From an uncultured Planctomycetota bacterium (GTDB lineage: Bacteria > Planctomycetota > Planctomycetia > Isosphaerales > Isosphaeraceae), in the NCBI GenBank assembly GCA_963823665.1, contig CAWGMQ010000011.1:576001-640000 (forward strand): a stretch of DNA of 64,000 nucleotides, in the 5' to 3' direction. Positions 9,287 through 20,367 of this stretch are shown here, piece by piece; position 1 is the stretch's first letter, and the number at the start of each line of letters is the position of its first letter. The position numbers and the translations under genes are program-made. Under the pieces are notes generated by a model. The model did not search any database. It was not told where the DNA came from and saw nothing but the letters and a program-made list of their open reading frames with translations.

Positions 9287-10111
9287 CTACCCCGCGTGAG
9301 GGGCCCCGCACATGTGCGACGTCAAGCCTGGCGTCCCGGATTCGACCGCGTCGACGAGATCGGGTGGAATGGCCGCGATTCCGTGGGCTGCACCAACCAT
9401 CAAGCAGCATGTGGCGAGTTGATCAATGGCTCGAGGAACGCCGGCAGTCGAACAGTGCAGCCGCGTGATCGCACGGGGTGTGAAGAGCGGCTCGTTGCAG
9501 CCCGCGGCGGCAAGCTTGGCCGCGAGATAACGCTCTGCGTCACTGCGGGTGAGCGAATCCAGCCGAATCGCAAGCGACCAGGGGCGGGTGCGATTCGCGT
9601 ACGGCATCACGCGCGGCCTTCCGGCCTGGATGATCGTCAGTCGCGCGTGGAAGCCAGTTCCAAGACCGGTGAGGACGGCGATGTCGCGACGGACCGCAGG
9701 GGTTGCGTTCTGGCAGTCGTCGAAACCGATGACGATGTGGTTTCCGAGGATCGACATCAGGCGCAGTGCCCGTTCAACGGCTCGCCAGCACGCGAGCCGG
9801 CCGGGCTCGCGGCCCAGGCGCTCCCCGAGATGCTCTGCGAGCAATCCAGGTAACAGATCTGCCTCGCGCGGGCAGCTCATCAGGATACATCGCCGGCGCG
9901 GGCTGCGGACCTCGGCAAACACCCGGCGCAAGACGGTGGTCTTACCCAGACCAGCTTCCGCGATCAGTTCCGCGCCTCGCCCGCCCGATCGAATGCACTC
10001 GAACAGGAGCCGGGCGGCCTCGTCGTGGGATGGGAGCGAAACGTACGGTGGATCATGCTCGACGAAAGGCGTTCTGTCGAAACGCCAGTACGACTTCCAG
10101 TCGCTGCTCAA
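9287..10111 (-). CDS. ExeA/GspA-family AAA ATPase
   Basis: YWRFDRTPF N-terminus, Walker A EAGLGKTT, LFTPRAITRLH...GVPRAIDQLA. The start (TTG) is uncertain. Confidence 0.75.
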   Translation of the reverse strand: MSSDWKSYWRFDRTPFVEHDPPYVSLPSHDEAARLLFECIRSGGRGAELIAEAGLGKTTVLRRVFAEVRSPRRRCILMSCPREADLLPGLLAEHLGERLGREPGRLACWRAVERALRLMSILGNHIVIGFDDCQNATPAVRRDIAVLTGLGTGFHARLTIIQAGRPRVMPYANRTRPWSLAIRLDSLTRSDAERYLAAKLAAAGCNEPLFTPRAITRLHCSTAGVPRAIDQLATCCLMVGAAHGIAAIPPDLVDAVESGTPGLTSHMCGAPHAG

Positions 10112-10264
10112 TTTCTCGTCGGAACCACCAGTGAGCACGAGCTGTTTCTCCCGGGAAAACGCACGCGTCGGGACGGAGCGTGTGCCGATCGATTGCGCAT
10201 CGCCAGATATCCCTACCATCGGATAGCATGAGGGCCGACCTTTTGCCGGATCCGGAGCCAAATT

Positions 10265-10984
10265 GTGCCCGCCCGTTTCTTTTGCCCAGATCCCCCAAGC
10301 CAGGGCGTGTATCGACTCAAACCCAATGAGGCGAGACATTTGCACCGTGTTTGCCGGCTTGGCGCGGACGACGAAGTCGAGATTTTCGATGGCTCGGGCT
10401 TTGCAACTCGAGCGCGGGTGCTCGCCATCGGCAGCGATTGGGTGGAATTACGCGCACTCGGCCAGCCGATTCTCGAAAGGTTACCCGCGTTCCCGCTGAT
10501 TCTGGCGGCGGCTGCGCCGAAGGCCGATCGCCTGGACTGGCTGGTGGAAAAGGCGACCGAGCTTGGAGTTGCACGGTTGATCCCGGTTGTCTTCGAGCGG
10601 TCGGTGGTCGAGCCGGGCGCGAGCAAGATCGCGCGGCTCGAGCAGAAGGTGATCGAGGCATCGAAGCAGTGCGGGCGCGCGAGTTTGATGGTGATTGAGC
10701 CGCCGAGGCGATGGGCGGGCGTTTCTCAGGAGTTTCCCGACGCTCGGAAGTTCCTCGCGGATGCGGTGGGATTTTCGCCGATGGATGTTTTTGAGATTCC
10801 CGGTGGTCATCCCGCTGTTCTTGCCGTGGGCCCGGAGGGAGGGCTCACTCCGGCGGAGCGTGAGCAGGCGATCCGCCTGGGATGGGTTCCCGTCCGTTTG
10901 GGAGTGAACACACTACGTATCGAGACGGCCGCCGTGGCTGGGGTCGGCGTGCTATTCTCCAGAGCGCGGGAGCGGAACGAATGA
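10265..10984 (+). CDS. rsmE: 16S rRNA m3U1498 methyltransferase
   Basis: EARHLHRVCRL, VEKATELGV, EASKQCGR, VGPEGGLT, LGVNTLRIETAA. Confidence 0.93.
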   Translation: MPARFFCPDPPSQGVYRLKPNEARHLHRVCRLGADDEVEIFDGSGFATRARVLAIGSDWVELRALGQPILERLPAFPLILAAAAPKADRLDWLVEKATELGVARLIPVVFERSVVEPGASKIARLEQKVIEASKQCGRASLMVIEPPRRWAGVSQEFPDARKFLADAVGFSPMDVFEIPGGHPAVLAVGPEGGLTPAEREQAIRLGWVPVRLGVNTLRIETAAVAGVGVLFSRARERNE

Positions 10985-11421
10985 ATGATCTTTCGGAGAT
11001 CTTGAAACTGTGCGCATTGGGCGGTGTTGCCGGTGTGCTGAGCGGAATGTTCGGAATCGGCGGGGGCCTGGTGATCGTGCCGGCGCTCGTGCTCATCTTC
11101 GGTTTTGACATCAAATCCGCAGTGGGCACGTCGCTGTTCGTGATCCTGCTGCCGACCGGGTTGCTCGGCGTGCTGGAGTATCACAAGAATGGCCAGCTAA
11201 AGATTCCGGCCGGGCTGATGATTGCGCTCGGTGTCTTCGTCGGCGCGTTTTTCGGGGCCAAGCTCGCCGGTGCGGTGTCGGCGGCCACGATGCGGCGATC
11301 TTATGCGGTGTTCTTGCTGCTCGTCGCCGGATATTTCCTGCTGGTGGCGCCGCCGATCACACCCAAGGTGATCGAGCCCGCGCAGGCAGCGCCCGTGGGC
11401 GAGGACGGGCCTGGCTCTTAG
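10981..11421 (+). CDS. TauE/SafE (TSUP) family transporter, short form
   Basis: GVLSGMFGIGGGLVIVPAL, AVGTSL. ATGA overlap with rsmE. Confidence 0.85.
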   Translation: MNDLSEILKLCALGGVAGVLSGMFGIGGGLVIVPALVLIFGFDIKSAVGTSLFVILLPTGLLGVLEYHKNGQLKIPAGLMIALGVFVGAFFGAKLAGAVSAATMRRSYAVFLLLVAGYFLLVAPPITPKVIEPAQAAPVGEDGPGS

Positions 11422-11834
11422 CCACCCGTCCACTGGCCGCCGGATTTGTCCTGATAGATCGACCAGACGAAGCCGTCCGGGTCGCGGAGGGCAAACTCGC
11501 GCCAGCCCCAGCTCTGGTCGGTGGGCTCGCCGGAGACGCTCAAGAGGGCACCCTGGTTCAAGCAGTGGTCGTAAAACCCATCGACGTCGTCGACCTGGAC
11601 CTGGAGATGGATTCCCACTCCGACGCGCGTATCGGTGAACTCATCGGCGTGCGGCTCCTGCGGATGCAGCATCAGGGTGAAGCCGCCGATACGGAGAATC
11701 GCCAGCGACAGCGGTGCACCTTCAGTCTCGGCGTGGACCTGGACGACCTCGGCGCCGACGACTTCGTTGTAGAACTCAAGAGACCGGCGAACGTCCTTGA
11801 CGTAGAGAAAGACGCTCGTAACACGGCCCACCAT
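11418..11834 (-). CDS. VOC/glyoxalase family protein
   Basis: LYVKDVRRSLEFY...DQSWGWREFALRDPDGFVWSI. Confidence 0.88.
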   Translation of the reverse strand: MVGRVTSVFLYVKDVRRSLEFYNEVVGAEVVQVHAETEGAPLSLAILRIGGFTLMLHPQEPHADEFTDTRVGVGIHLQVQVDDVDGFYDHCLNQGALLSVSGEPTDQSWGWREFALRDPDGFVWSIYQDKSGGQWTGG

Positions 11835-12115
11835 CCCGACCCCCCTGTCGTTTCGACGAAAAAATCGACCGAAGTCGCGTATCTTTCCAGGGATGCTGTT
11901 ATTCCTCGCACGCGGCTTCCTCGGAGATTAACCCGATCCGTGATTTATGACAATCGAAACCGGGAAGCGAATTGCGCGAAGACGGAGTGGTGGGGAGGGT
12001 CGTGAGGGCTTGCGAAATTGCGATGGGAGCGGTCAAAGAGTACGATGCGTTCGGCGAATGATCCCCCGGCAATCATCAGTGGCGGGGAACGGGAGTACGT
12101 TCGGGAGTTGACTGG

Positions 12116-12334
12116 ATGGAACAAATTGTCGTAAGCGACCAGCAGGCCAGACTGATTGCGGAAGCAACTGAAAGCATCGAAATCCGAGATGCCAAGGGGA
12201 GCCACCTTGGATATGTGGCGCACGGCTTCACGGAGGAGGATATAGCGATTGCGAAACAACGCTCGGCGTCGGTCCAGCCCCGATACACGACAGCGCAGGT
12301 TCTCGATCATTTGCGATCACTGGACCGCAAATGA
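12116..12334 (+). CDS. Small hypothetical protein, antitoxin-like
   Basis: 72 aa ending RYTTAQVLDHLRSL. It resembles small planctomycete proteins that precede RelE/ParE-like toxins (from recollection, not a search). Confidence 0.55.
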   Translation: MEQIVVSDQQARLIAEATESIEIRDAKGSHLGYVAHGFTEEDIAIAKQRSASVQPRYTTAQVLDHLRSLDRK

Positions 12335-12377
12335 ACCGCTATCACCCGATGCTCGAACGTCTTGGCCACGGCCGCGG

Positions 12378-13112
12378 TCATGTGATCCACAAATCGTGGC
12401 ACGCTTGCTCGTAACTCTGCTCCAGATCCAGCGGAATGACGAGATCGGCCGTCAACCACAACGGTAACGTTGGCAACGGTTCGCCAACAGTCAAAACGTG
12501 CGCCCAGGCTTCGAGGATCGTTCGTTTCTCCTTTTTCACCCAGCGGCACGACGTGGCGTAGATGGGGGGGGGTGGGTCGCTCAACGTCGGGTCGCTGTGA
12601 CCCACAAAGGCCAACACCTCGGCATATAGGTTGAATTGCCGAATGGTCACGAGGTCGACGATGCTGACGGCGACCCCTCTTTGAAGTAGCGCCGCACACT
12701 TGCCGACAAAGGCATTCCGATGCTCGGGACGATCTTTGTTTCCGGGGCTGACGATCTCGATGGCCGCGACCAGATGCCGACCCCGTCTGGCGTCGTAGAT
12801 TCGGACTTCGTATTCATCGAAATCGGGCAGGCTCGTTTCCACGGCCAGGCTGGGACGTGCCGGTGCCCACACGGCGGTTGCCACCCCGCCGTTTCCTTCG
12901 GTCGTCCCGGAAATCGGCGGGGACTCGTCTTTCTCGAACGCCGCGACATCGATCTCGATCTGCGATCCGGAGTGAACGCGTGGACCAGCGACATACCCAG
13001 CCGGGAGCATCTTCCGCAAGTGCTGCACAATCATGGCGGGCCACTGACCGTGTAGCTCTTCCCACGAAGCGATTTCATCCAGTGGCGGTCGAAAATGGTC
13101 GCGTAATGGCAT
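12378..13112 (-). CDS. DUF4058 family protein (PD-(D/E)XK-like, planctomycete-expanded)
   Basis: MPLRDHFRPP, LVAAIEIVSPGNKDRP, LPTLPLWL...LDLEQSYEQAC. Confidence 0.85.
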   Translation of the reverse strand: MPLRDHFRPPLDEIASWEELHGQWPAMIVQHLRKMLPAGYVAGPRVHSGSQIEIDVAAFEKDESPPISGTTEGNGGVATAVWAPARPSLAVETSLPDFDEYEVRIYDARRGRHLVAAIEIVSPGNKDRPEHRNAFVGKCAALLQRGVAVSIVDLVTIRQFNLYAEVLAFVGHSDPTLSDPPPPIYATSCRWVKKEKRTILEAWAHVLTVGEPLPTLPLWLTADLVIPLDLEQSYEQACHDLWIT

Positions 13113-13223
13113 GATTCGGTTCTTCTTACTCCCAGAGTATCCGAACTCTGTCGCGGCCCAAGGGGAGCGAGGTGACAATCACTTATTCTGGGACAAATGC
13201 CCTCATTGACGACTCGTTTCACT

Positions 13224-16200
13224 CTAACGTTTTTTGGCATTCGCCGCTTCCCATTTGGTCCTCCACTCCGCCGCCTCGTCCTTCTTGTCCATGGCCTCGT
13301 ACAGTTGCACTAACCGTTCGATGGCTTCGGGAAGTCGGGCTTTGCCCTGCGGCGGAATCGTCTTCTCCCGCTGCTTCATTCCCTCGTAACCGGCCAGCAG
13401 GAGCGGCTCGGCGTCGGCGAATTTCTTCTGGCCTAGCAAGGCGCCGCCGAGTATCGACTTCGTGTTGAAAGTGGACCACACGTCGGCCTGCGTTTTTTCG
13501 CGGATGGCCAGGCACTCGCGGAGAAGCGGTTCGGCCTCGGTCCATTTCTTCTGTTGCAGGAGGCTGCTACCGATCTGGGCGAGCATGCCAGCCAGTTGGG
13601 GACTGTCCTTCGGCAGCGTTTTCCGAGCAATGGGCAATTGCTCCGGGAGCAAGCCGCTAAGCTTGGCGTCCTCGCCCGCCTTCGCATAAGCGTCCATCAA
13701 TTGGGTGCCGACCCAGCGGAGCGAGGGGAGGTTTTTCGCCGATTGATGGGCTTCTTCGAGGAGTGGGATCGCCTCCTTGAGCCGGCCGGCGTCCTTGTAG
13801 TTGACCCCGAGGTTGGCCACTGTCTGCTGCGTATTCAGGTGACGGCGGCCGAACTTGGCCTCTTGCCGCTTGAGCACATCCTCGAACAGAGGCACGGATT
13901 TGCCGAATTGCTTTGTACTCCAGTACGCCGAGGCGAGGTTGTTGATCGTGGTCAGCATGTCGGAGTGGTCGGGGCCGAGCTTGGCGATCTGGGTGTCGCG
14001 GACGCGTTCGAGAAGGGCGATCGCGTCTGAGAGCTTGCCAACGTTCCGGTACGCCGCTGCGAGGTTCTTGATCGTCTTCAGGGTGTCGGGGTGGTCGGGG
14101 CCGAGCTTGGCGATCTTGACGTCGCGGGTGCGCTCCAAGACGACGATCGCCTCGGGGATCCTGCCGATCGCCTGGTACGCCACGGCGAGGTTGTTGAGCG
14201 TGTTCAGGGTGTCGGGGTCGTCGGGGCCGAGCTTGGCCATCCGGGCGTCGCGGGCGCTCTCCAAGACCACGATTGCCTCGGGAAGCCTGGAGGCGTCCAT
14301 GTACACCCGGGCGAGATTGTCGAGCGTGTTCAGGGTCTCGGGGTGATCTGGGCCGAGCTTGGCGATCCGGGCGACGCGGACGCGCTCAAGAAGGGCGATC
14401 GCCTCGGGGAGCTTGCCGAGGGACCCGTATGCCGAGGCGAGGTCGTTTTGCGTTAAAAGGCTGTCGGGGTGGTCGGGGCCGAGCCCGGCGATCCGGGCGT
14501 CGCGGACGCGTTCGAGAAGGGCGATCGCCTCGGGGAGCCTGCCGGCGTCCCGGTACGCCGAGGCGAGGTTGTGAAGCGTGTTCACGGTGTCGTGGTGGTC
14601 TTGGCTGAACTCGGCGAGGCTGTTGAGCGCGCTCGGGCGCTGGGGTAGTTGGGGCCGACCTTGGCGATCAGGGCGTCGCAGGCTCGCTCGAGAATGGCGA
14701 TCGCCTCGGGGAGCCTGCCGGCGGCTTGGTACGCCGAGGTGAGGGTGTTGAGCGTGATCAGGGTGTCGTGGTGGCCGGGGCCGAGTGTACCTTCGAGTCC
14801 CTTGGCGGCCGCCTCCGCCATCGCCAAGACTTCGGCGTCCACTCGACCGCGGTGTTGAAGAATGTGCGCGAGAAAGCCTTGAGCGTAATAGCCTTCGGGC
14901 GACCGTGGATCTCGCTTCCGCGCCGCTTCGAGCACGGCCCGCAATTGCGCTTCGGCCTTTTCCCAGGACGCCAGGCCGTGGTAGGTATTCGCGATTGTCC
15001 TGCGGAGTGCGCGTTCGAGCTCCGGCTGGTCCGCAAACCGCGTTCCTACCTTCGCGGCCGCGCGGTCGAGGACTTCCAGAAGCGTGACCTTGTCTTCCAC
15101 GGCGTTGTTCGCCGGCTCGGCCTGGGTGAGCAGGTCCTGGGTGAGGAAGTCATTGATCGTCTGGGCCTTGGCCCGCTCCTGGCGCGCCTTGGTTTCGGAG
15201 GCGATCGCCTTGTCGCGCTGTTCGTCAGCCGCGGCGCGCTGTTCGGCTTCCGCGTCGCGGGCCCGCTGGGCTTCGATCTTGGCATTTCGCTCGCCATCGG
15301 CCCGCTCGCGTTCAGCCACGCGAGCGCGGTTCGCCTCCCACATGCCCCACGACGTACCGATGATCCCGGCCAGCAGCGTGAGCAGGAGAAGACTCGCCGC
15401 GATCACCTGCCCCTTGTTCCGCCTGACGAATTTCCTCAAGCGGTAGCCGCGGCTGGGCGGACGGGCCTCGACGACCTCGTCGGCCAGGTACCGCTGGATA
15501 TCTCGCGCGAAGCCGTTGGCCGTCTCGTAGCGCCTGGTGCGATCCTTCTCGATCGCCTTCATCACCACCCAGTCGAGCTCGCCCTGCAACAGCTTCGACA
15601 GCCTGGCGGGCTCGATACTCCGGTTGGCGGCGATGTTCGGCAGTGCTTCGGCGGTGCTCAGCTTGGTGCTGGGACGCGGCGGATCGACCTCGCGCACCAT
15701 TCGTAGCATCTCGAGGATGGCACCCCGCTGGAACTGCTTGGCGCTTAACGGCGGCGACCCCGTGAGCAGTTCGTAGAGCATGACGCCCAGGGCGTATACG
15801 TCGGTGCGTGTGTCGATATCCGTCGACGTCGGGTTGGCCTGTTCCGGCGACATGTACGCCGGCGTTCCCACGATCGCCCCGAGGTCGGCCAAGCTCATGT
15901 CGGTGAGCTTCAGTTCGGTCGCCTTGGCCACGCCGAAGTCGATCACCTTCGGCGTGGGCCGCCCATCCACCTCCGTGACCAGCACGTTGCCTGGCTTCAG
16001 ATCGCGGTGGATGATTCCCTTCTGGTGAGCGTGTTGCACCGCCTGGCAGACCGCCACGAACAGCTCCAGTCGGGCTGGCACTGACAGCCGCTGCTGGTCG
16101 CAATACTCGGTAAGCGGCACTCCCTTGACCAGCTCCATGACGAAGAACGGCTGCCCGGCCGGGGTGAGGCCGCCGTCGTAGATGCGCGCGATGTTGGGAT

Positions 16201-16783
16201 GGTCCATCAGCGCGAGGGCCTGGCGCTCGGCGTCGAACCGGGCCAGCACTCCGCGTGAATCCATCCCGGTCTTGATCAGCTTGAGCGCCACCTCACGCGT
16301 CACTGGCTCGGTCTGCCTCGCCAGATAGACCGATCCCATGCCGCCCTCGCCGATCACGTCGACGAGTGTGTATCGGCCGGCGATCACGGTGCCGATTCCT
16401 TCGCGCGTTGTGGCCTTTGTCGCGCGGGGCCCCGTGGCCGAGAATTCCCATGCCGTGGTGGCATCGAAATCGGGGTGGGCAGACGTCGCGGTCGCCCAGC
16501 CTGGGCCTGGATCCTCGGTTGGCATATCGGTCGGGTCCGGCGCGTCCGGGTCGAACGCCTGAGTGGCGGAGGTTCTGTCCGGGAGTAGGGCGGTCGCCGG
16601 TTGGCTGCATGCGGGTTCGACGATGCTGTCGGGAGCGGCGTGTGCGGCCAGCAGTCGATCGACGTCGGCCCGCAGGTCGGCATCGCTTCCGCAAGCCTCG
16701 GCCAGGTATCTCGGCCGCTCTTCCGATGAGAGTTCGACGGCGGCGAGGAAGACATCGCGGACGCGGCCTGGATCGGCGGGCAT
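13224..16783 (-). CDS. Ser/Thr protein kinase with TM helix and 42-aa TPR array (paralog 1), frameshifted near 14635
   Basis: GEGGMGSVY, HRDLKPGN, KVIDFGVAK, GTPAYMSPEQ. LGPDHPDT repeats. AGGAGG RBS before ATG 16783. Confidence 0.9.
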
Positions 16784-16808
16784 GACTTGACCTCCTGGTT
16801 CACCCTTC

Positions 16809-16837
16809 AATGCGGATTTGCCGTCGATTGAGTCTCA
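16809..16837 (-). promoter_or_regulatory. Putative ECF-sigma promoter TGAGAC-N17-CGCATT
   Basis: Same boxes and spacing as 20326-20354, with a partly diverged spacer. Confidence 0.5.
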
Positions 16838-16925
16838 AGAGATTCCGGATTCTTTTCCAGACCCGTCGGTGGGTCGCTCGGCCGGGACAACGGCTCGCTC
16901 GCACCGCTGACGGGTAGCCCGCCCT

Positions 16926-19900
16926 TCACTTCTTCTCCGCCGGCATCGGGGCCGCATTGGGGTACTTCGCCCGCTCCGCTTGCCACTCCTTGACTTCGTC
17001 CAGCTTGTTCGTGGCGGTGGAGAGCTCGATCAGCCGTTCGATGGCCTCGGGGATGCGGTCTTTGCCCTGCGGCGGGATCGTCTTCTCCCTCTGCTTCATC
17101 CCTTCGTAGCCCTTCCGCAATAGCGGTTCGGCTTCGGCGTACTTCTTCTGGCCCAGCAGGGCGCCGCCGAGCTGCGACTTCGTGTTGAAGGTGGACCAGA
17201 CATCGGGCTGCGTCTTCTCGCGGATGGCGAGGCACTCGCGGAGGAGCGGCTCGGCCTCGGTCCATTTCTTCTGTTGCAGGAGGATCAGACTGATCTGGGC
17301 GAGCAAGCCGGTCAGTTCGGGGCTCGCCTTAGGCAGCGTGTTTCGAGCTTCGGCTAGTTCCTCCGGGAGCAAGTCGGTGAGCTTCGCGTTCTCGCCCGCC
17401 TTCATATAGGCGTCGATTAATTCAAGGCCTAGAAAGCGAAGCTTTGGGATTCTCTTTGCCGCTTGATGGCCTTCCTCGAGGAGCGGGATCGCCTCCTTGA
17501 GCCGGCCGGCATCCTTGTAGTTGATCCCGAGGTTCGCCACCGTCACCTGTGTATCCGGGTGCTGGCGGCCGAGCTTGGCCTCTTGCCGTTTGAGCACGTC
17601 CTCGAACAGAGGGACCGATTTGTCGAGTTGCTTGGTAGTCCAGTACGCCGTGGCGAGGTTGTTGAGCGTGGTCAGGGTGTCGGGGTGGTCGGGGCTGAGC
17701 TTGGCGATCCGGGCGTCGCGGACGCGCTCGAAGAGGGCGATCGCCTCGGGGAGCCTGCCGACGTCCCTGTACGCCAGGGCGAGGTTGTTGAGCGTCTTCA
17801 AGGTGTGGGGGTGGTCAGGGCCGAACGTGGCGATCGAGGCGTGGCGGACGCGCTCGAAAAGGGTGATCGCCTCGGGGAGCCTGCCGACGGACTGGTACGC
17901 CTGAGCGAGGCCGATTTGCGCGGTCAGGGTTTCGGGGTGGTCCGGGCCGAACGTGGCGATCCGGGCGTGGCGGACGCGCTCGAACAAGGCGATCGCCTCG
18001 GGGATCCTGCCGACGGCAATGTACGTCAAAGCAAGGTTGTTGAGCGTGCGGAGGGTATCGGGGTGGTCGGGGCCGAGCTTGGTGACCCGGACGTCGCGGA
18101 CGCGCTCGAACAGGGCGATCGCCTCGGGGAGCTTGCCGGCTTTCAGGTACATCCCGGCGAGGTTATGGAGCGTGTTCAGAGTTTCGGGGTGGTTGGGGCC
18201 GAGCTTGGCGATAAAGGCATCGCGGACGCGCTCGAAGAGGGCGATCGCCTCCGGGAGCTTTCCGATCTTGTCGTACACTAAGCCGAGGTGGCTGAGCGTG
18301 ATCAGGGTGGAGGGGTCGTCGGGGCCGAGTGTGCGTTCGAGTCCCTTTGCGGCCGCCTCGGCCATCTCCAAGACCTCGGCGTCCGATCGACCGCGGTGGA
18401 AAAGAATGTGCGCGAGGTAACCTTGCGTGCCATAGGCTATGGCCGACGGCGCATCACGCTGCCGCGCTGTGTCTAGCGAGGCCCGCAATTGAGCTTCGGC
18501 CTTTTCCCAGGACGCAAGGCCGTGATACGTCTTCGCAATCGTCCCACGGAGGTGAAGCTCGAGTTCCGGCTTATCCGCGAACCGCGTTCCCACCTTTTCA
18601 GCCGCGCGGTCGAGGACTTCCAGGAGCGTGACCTTGTCCTCGACTGCGTTGTTCGCCGGCTCGGCCTGGGTGAGCAGGTCGTTGGTGAGGAAGTCGTTGA
18701 TCGTCTGGGTCTTCGCGGCCTCCTCGCGGGCCTTGGTTTCGGAGGCGATCGCCTTGTCGCGCTGGTCGACCGCATTGGCACGCTGTTCGGCTTCCGACTG
18801 CTGTGCCCGCCGGGCGAATGCCATTCCCAAACTGGTGCCCACGATCCCGCCGACCAACGTCAAGAAGACCAGGCTCGCGGCGATCACCTGCCCCTTGTTG
18901 CGCTTGACGAATTTCTTCAAGCGGTAGCCGCGGCTGGGCGGCCGGGCTTCGACGACTTCGTCGGCCAGATACCGCTGGACGTCGCGGGCGAATCCGCTCG
19001 CCGTCTCGTAGCGCCGGGTGCGGTCTTTCTCGAGCGCCTTCATCACGACCCAGTCGAGCTCGCCTTGCAGAAGTTTTGCGAGCCTGGCCGGATCAATGCT
19101 CCGGTTCGCCGCGATGCTCGGCAGGGCGTCGGCGGTGCTCAGCTTGGTGCTCGGCCGCGGCGGGTCGACCTCGCGGACCATCCGCAGCATCTCGAGGATG
19201 GCACCGCGCTGGAATTGCTTGGCATCCAGCGGCGGCGAGCCGGTCAGCAACTCGTAGAGCATCACACCGAGAGCGTACACGTCGGTGCGGGTGTCGATGT
19301 CCATCGAAGAGGGGTCGGCCTGCTCGGGCGACATGTACGCCGGAGTGCCGACGATTGCTCCGACGTCGGCCAGGCTCATGTCGGTCAGCTTCACCTCGGT
19401 CGCCTTGGCCACGCCGAAGTCGATCACCTTCGGCGTGGGCCGCCCATCCACCTCCGTGACCAGCACGTTGCCTGGCTTCAGGTCGCGGTGAATGATCCCC
19501 TTCTGGTGAGCGTGCTGGACAGCTTGACACACCGCCGCGAAAAGCTCCAGTCGGGCTGGCACCGACAGCCGCTGCTTGTCGCAGTACTCGGTGAGCGGCA
19601 CCCCGTTGACCAGCTCCATGACGAAGAACGGCTGCCCGGCCGGGGTGAGGCCGCCGTCGTAGATGCGGGCGATGTTCGGGTGGTCCATCAAGGCGAGGGC
19701 CTGGCGCTCGGCGTCGAAACGGGCCAGCACTCCCCGCGAGTCCATCCCGGTCTTGATCAGCTTGAGCGCCACCTGCCGCTTGACCGGCTCGGTCTGGCCC
19801 GCGAGGTACACCGATCCCATGCCGCCCTCGCCGATCACCTCGACGAGCGTGTACCGGCCAGCGATGACGGTGCCGATCCCTTCACCCGTCGTGGCCCTTG

Positions 19901-20300
19901 TCGCGCGGCGGCCCGTGGCCGAGTATTCCCGTGCCGTGGTGGCATCTAAATCGGAGGGGTGGGCAGACGTCCCCGTCGCCCCGCCTGGGCCTGGATCCTC
20001 GTTTGCCATATCCGTCGGGTCCGGCGATTCCGGGTCGAACGCGGCGGTGGACATTCCGCCCGGGAGAGTGGCGGTCCCGCGACTGTCGGAGACGGATGCA
20101 GCGGTGGCTTGCGCAGTGGTGGGTGATCGGGGTTCGACGATGCTGTCCGGGGCGGCGTGTGCGGCCAGCAGTCGATCGACCTCGGACCGGAGATCGGCAT
20201 CCCGTCCGCAGGCCCCCGCCAGGTAGGCCGGCCGCTGTTCCGGTGAAAGTTCGATGGCTGCGAGGAACACATCGCGGACGCGATTCGGATCGCCGGGCAT
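16926..20300 (-). CDS. Ser/Thr protein kinase with TM helix and 42-aa TPR array (paralog 2, intact)
   Basis: Complete Hanks kinase motifs and seven LGPDHPDT-type repeats. AGGAGG RBS. Confidence 0.93.
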   Translation of the reverse strand: MPGDPNRVRDVFLAAIELSPEQRPAYLAGACGRDADLRSEVDRLLAAHAAPDSIVEPRSPTTAQATAASVSDSRGTATLPGGMSTAAFDPESPDPTDMANEDPGPGGATGTSAHPSDLDATTAREYSATGRRATRATTGEGIGTVIAGRYTLVEVIGEGGMGSVYLAGQTEPVKRQVALKLIKTGMDSRGVLARFDAERQALALMDHPNIARIYDGGLTPAGQPFFVMELVNGVPLTEYCDKQRLSVPARLELFAAVCQAVQHAHQKGIIHRDLKPGNVLVTEVDGRPTPKVIDFGVAKATEVKLTDMSLADVGAIVGTPAYMSPEQADPSSMDIDTRTDVYALGVMLYELLTGSPPLDAKQFQRGAILEMLRMVREVDPPRPSTKLSTADALPSIAANRSIDPARLAKLLQGELDWVVMKALEKDRTRRYETASGFARDVQRYLADEVVEARPPSRGYRLKKFVKRNKGQVIAASLVFLTLVGGIVGTSLGMAFARRAQQSEAEQRANAVDQRDKAIASETKAREEAAKTQTINDFLTNDLLTQAEPANNAVEDKVTLLEVLDRAAEKVGTRFADKPELELHLRGTIAKTYHGLASWEKAEAQLRASLDTARQRDAPSAIAYGTQGYLAHILFHRGRSDAEVLEMAEAAAKGLERTLGPDDPSTLITLSHLGLVYDKIGKLPEAIALFERVRDAFIAKLGPNHPETLNTLHNLAGMYLKAGKLPEAIALFERVRDVRVTKLGPDHPDTLRTLNNLALTYIAVGRIPEAIALFERVRHARIATFGPDHPETLTAQIGLAQAYQSVGRLPEAITLFERVRHASIATFGPDHPHTLKTLNNLALAYRDVGRLPEAIALFERVRDARIAKLSPDHPDTLTTLNNLATAYWTTKQLDKSVPLFEDVLKRQEAKLGRQHPDTQVTVANLGINYKDAGRLKEAIPLLEEGHQAAKRIPKLRFLGLELIDAYMKAGENAKLTDLLPEELAEARNTLPKASPELTGLLAQISLILLQQKKWTEAEPLLRECLAIREKTQPDVWSTFNTKSQLGGALLGQKKYAEAEPLLRKGYEGMKQREKTIPPQGKDRIPEAIERLIELSTATNKLDEVKEWQAERAKYPNAAPMPAEKK

Positions 20301-20325
20301 GATCTGACCTCCTGGTTCACCCTTC

Positions 20326-20354
20326 AATGCGGATTTGCCGCCGGTCGAGTCTCA
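20326..20354 (-). promoter_or_regulatory. Putative ECF-sigma promoter TGAGAC-N17-CGCATT
   Basis: It lies between the ECF stop codon and the kinase RBS, and is duplicated at 16809-16837. Confidence 0.5.
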
Positions 20355-20367
20355 ACAAACTCCGAAA

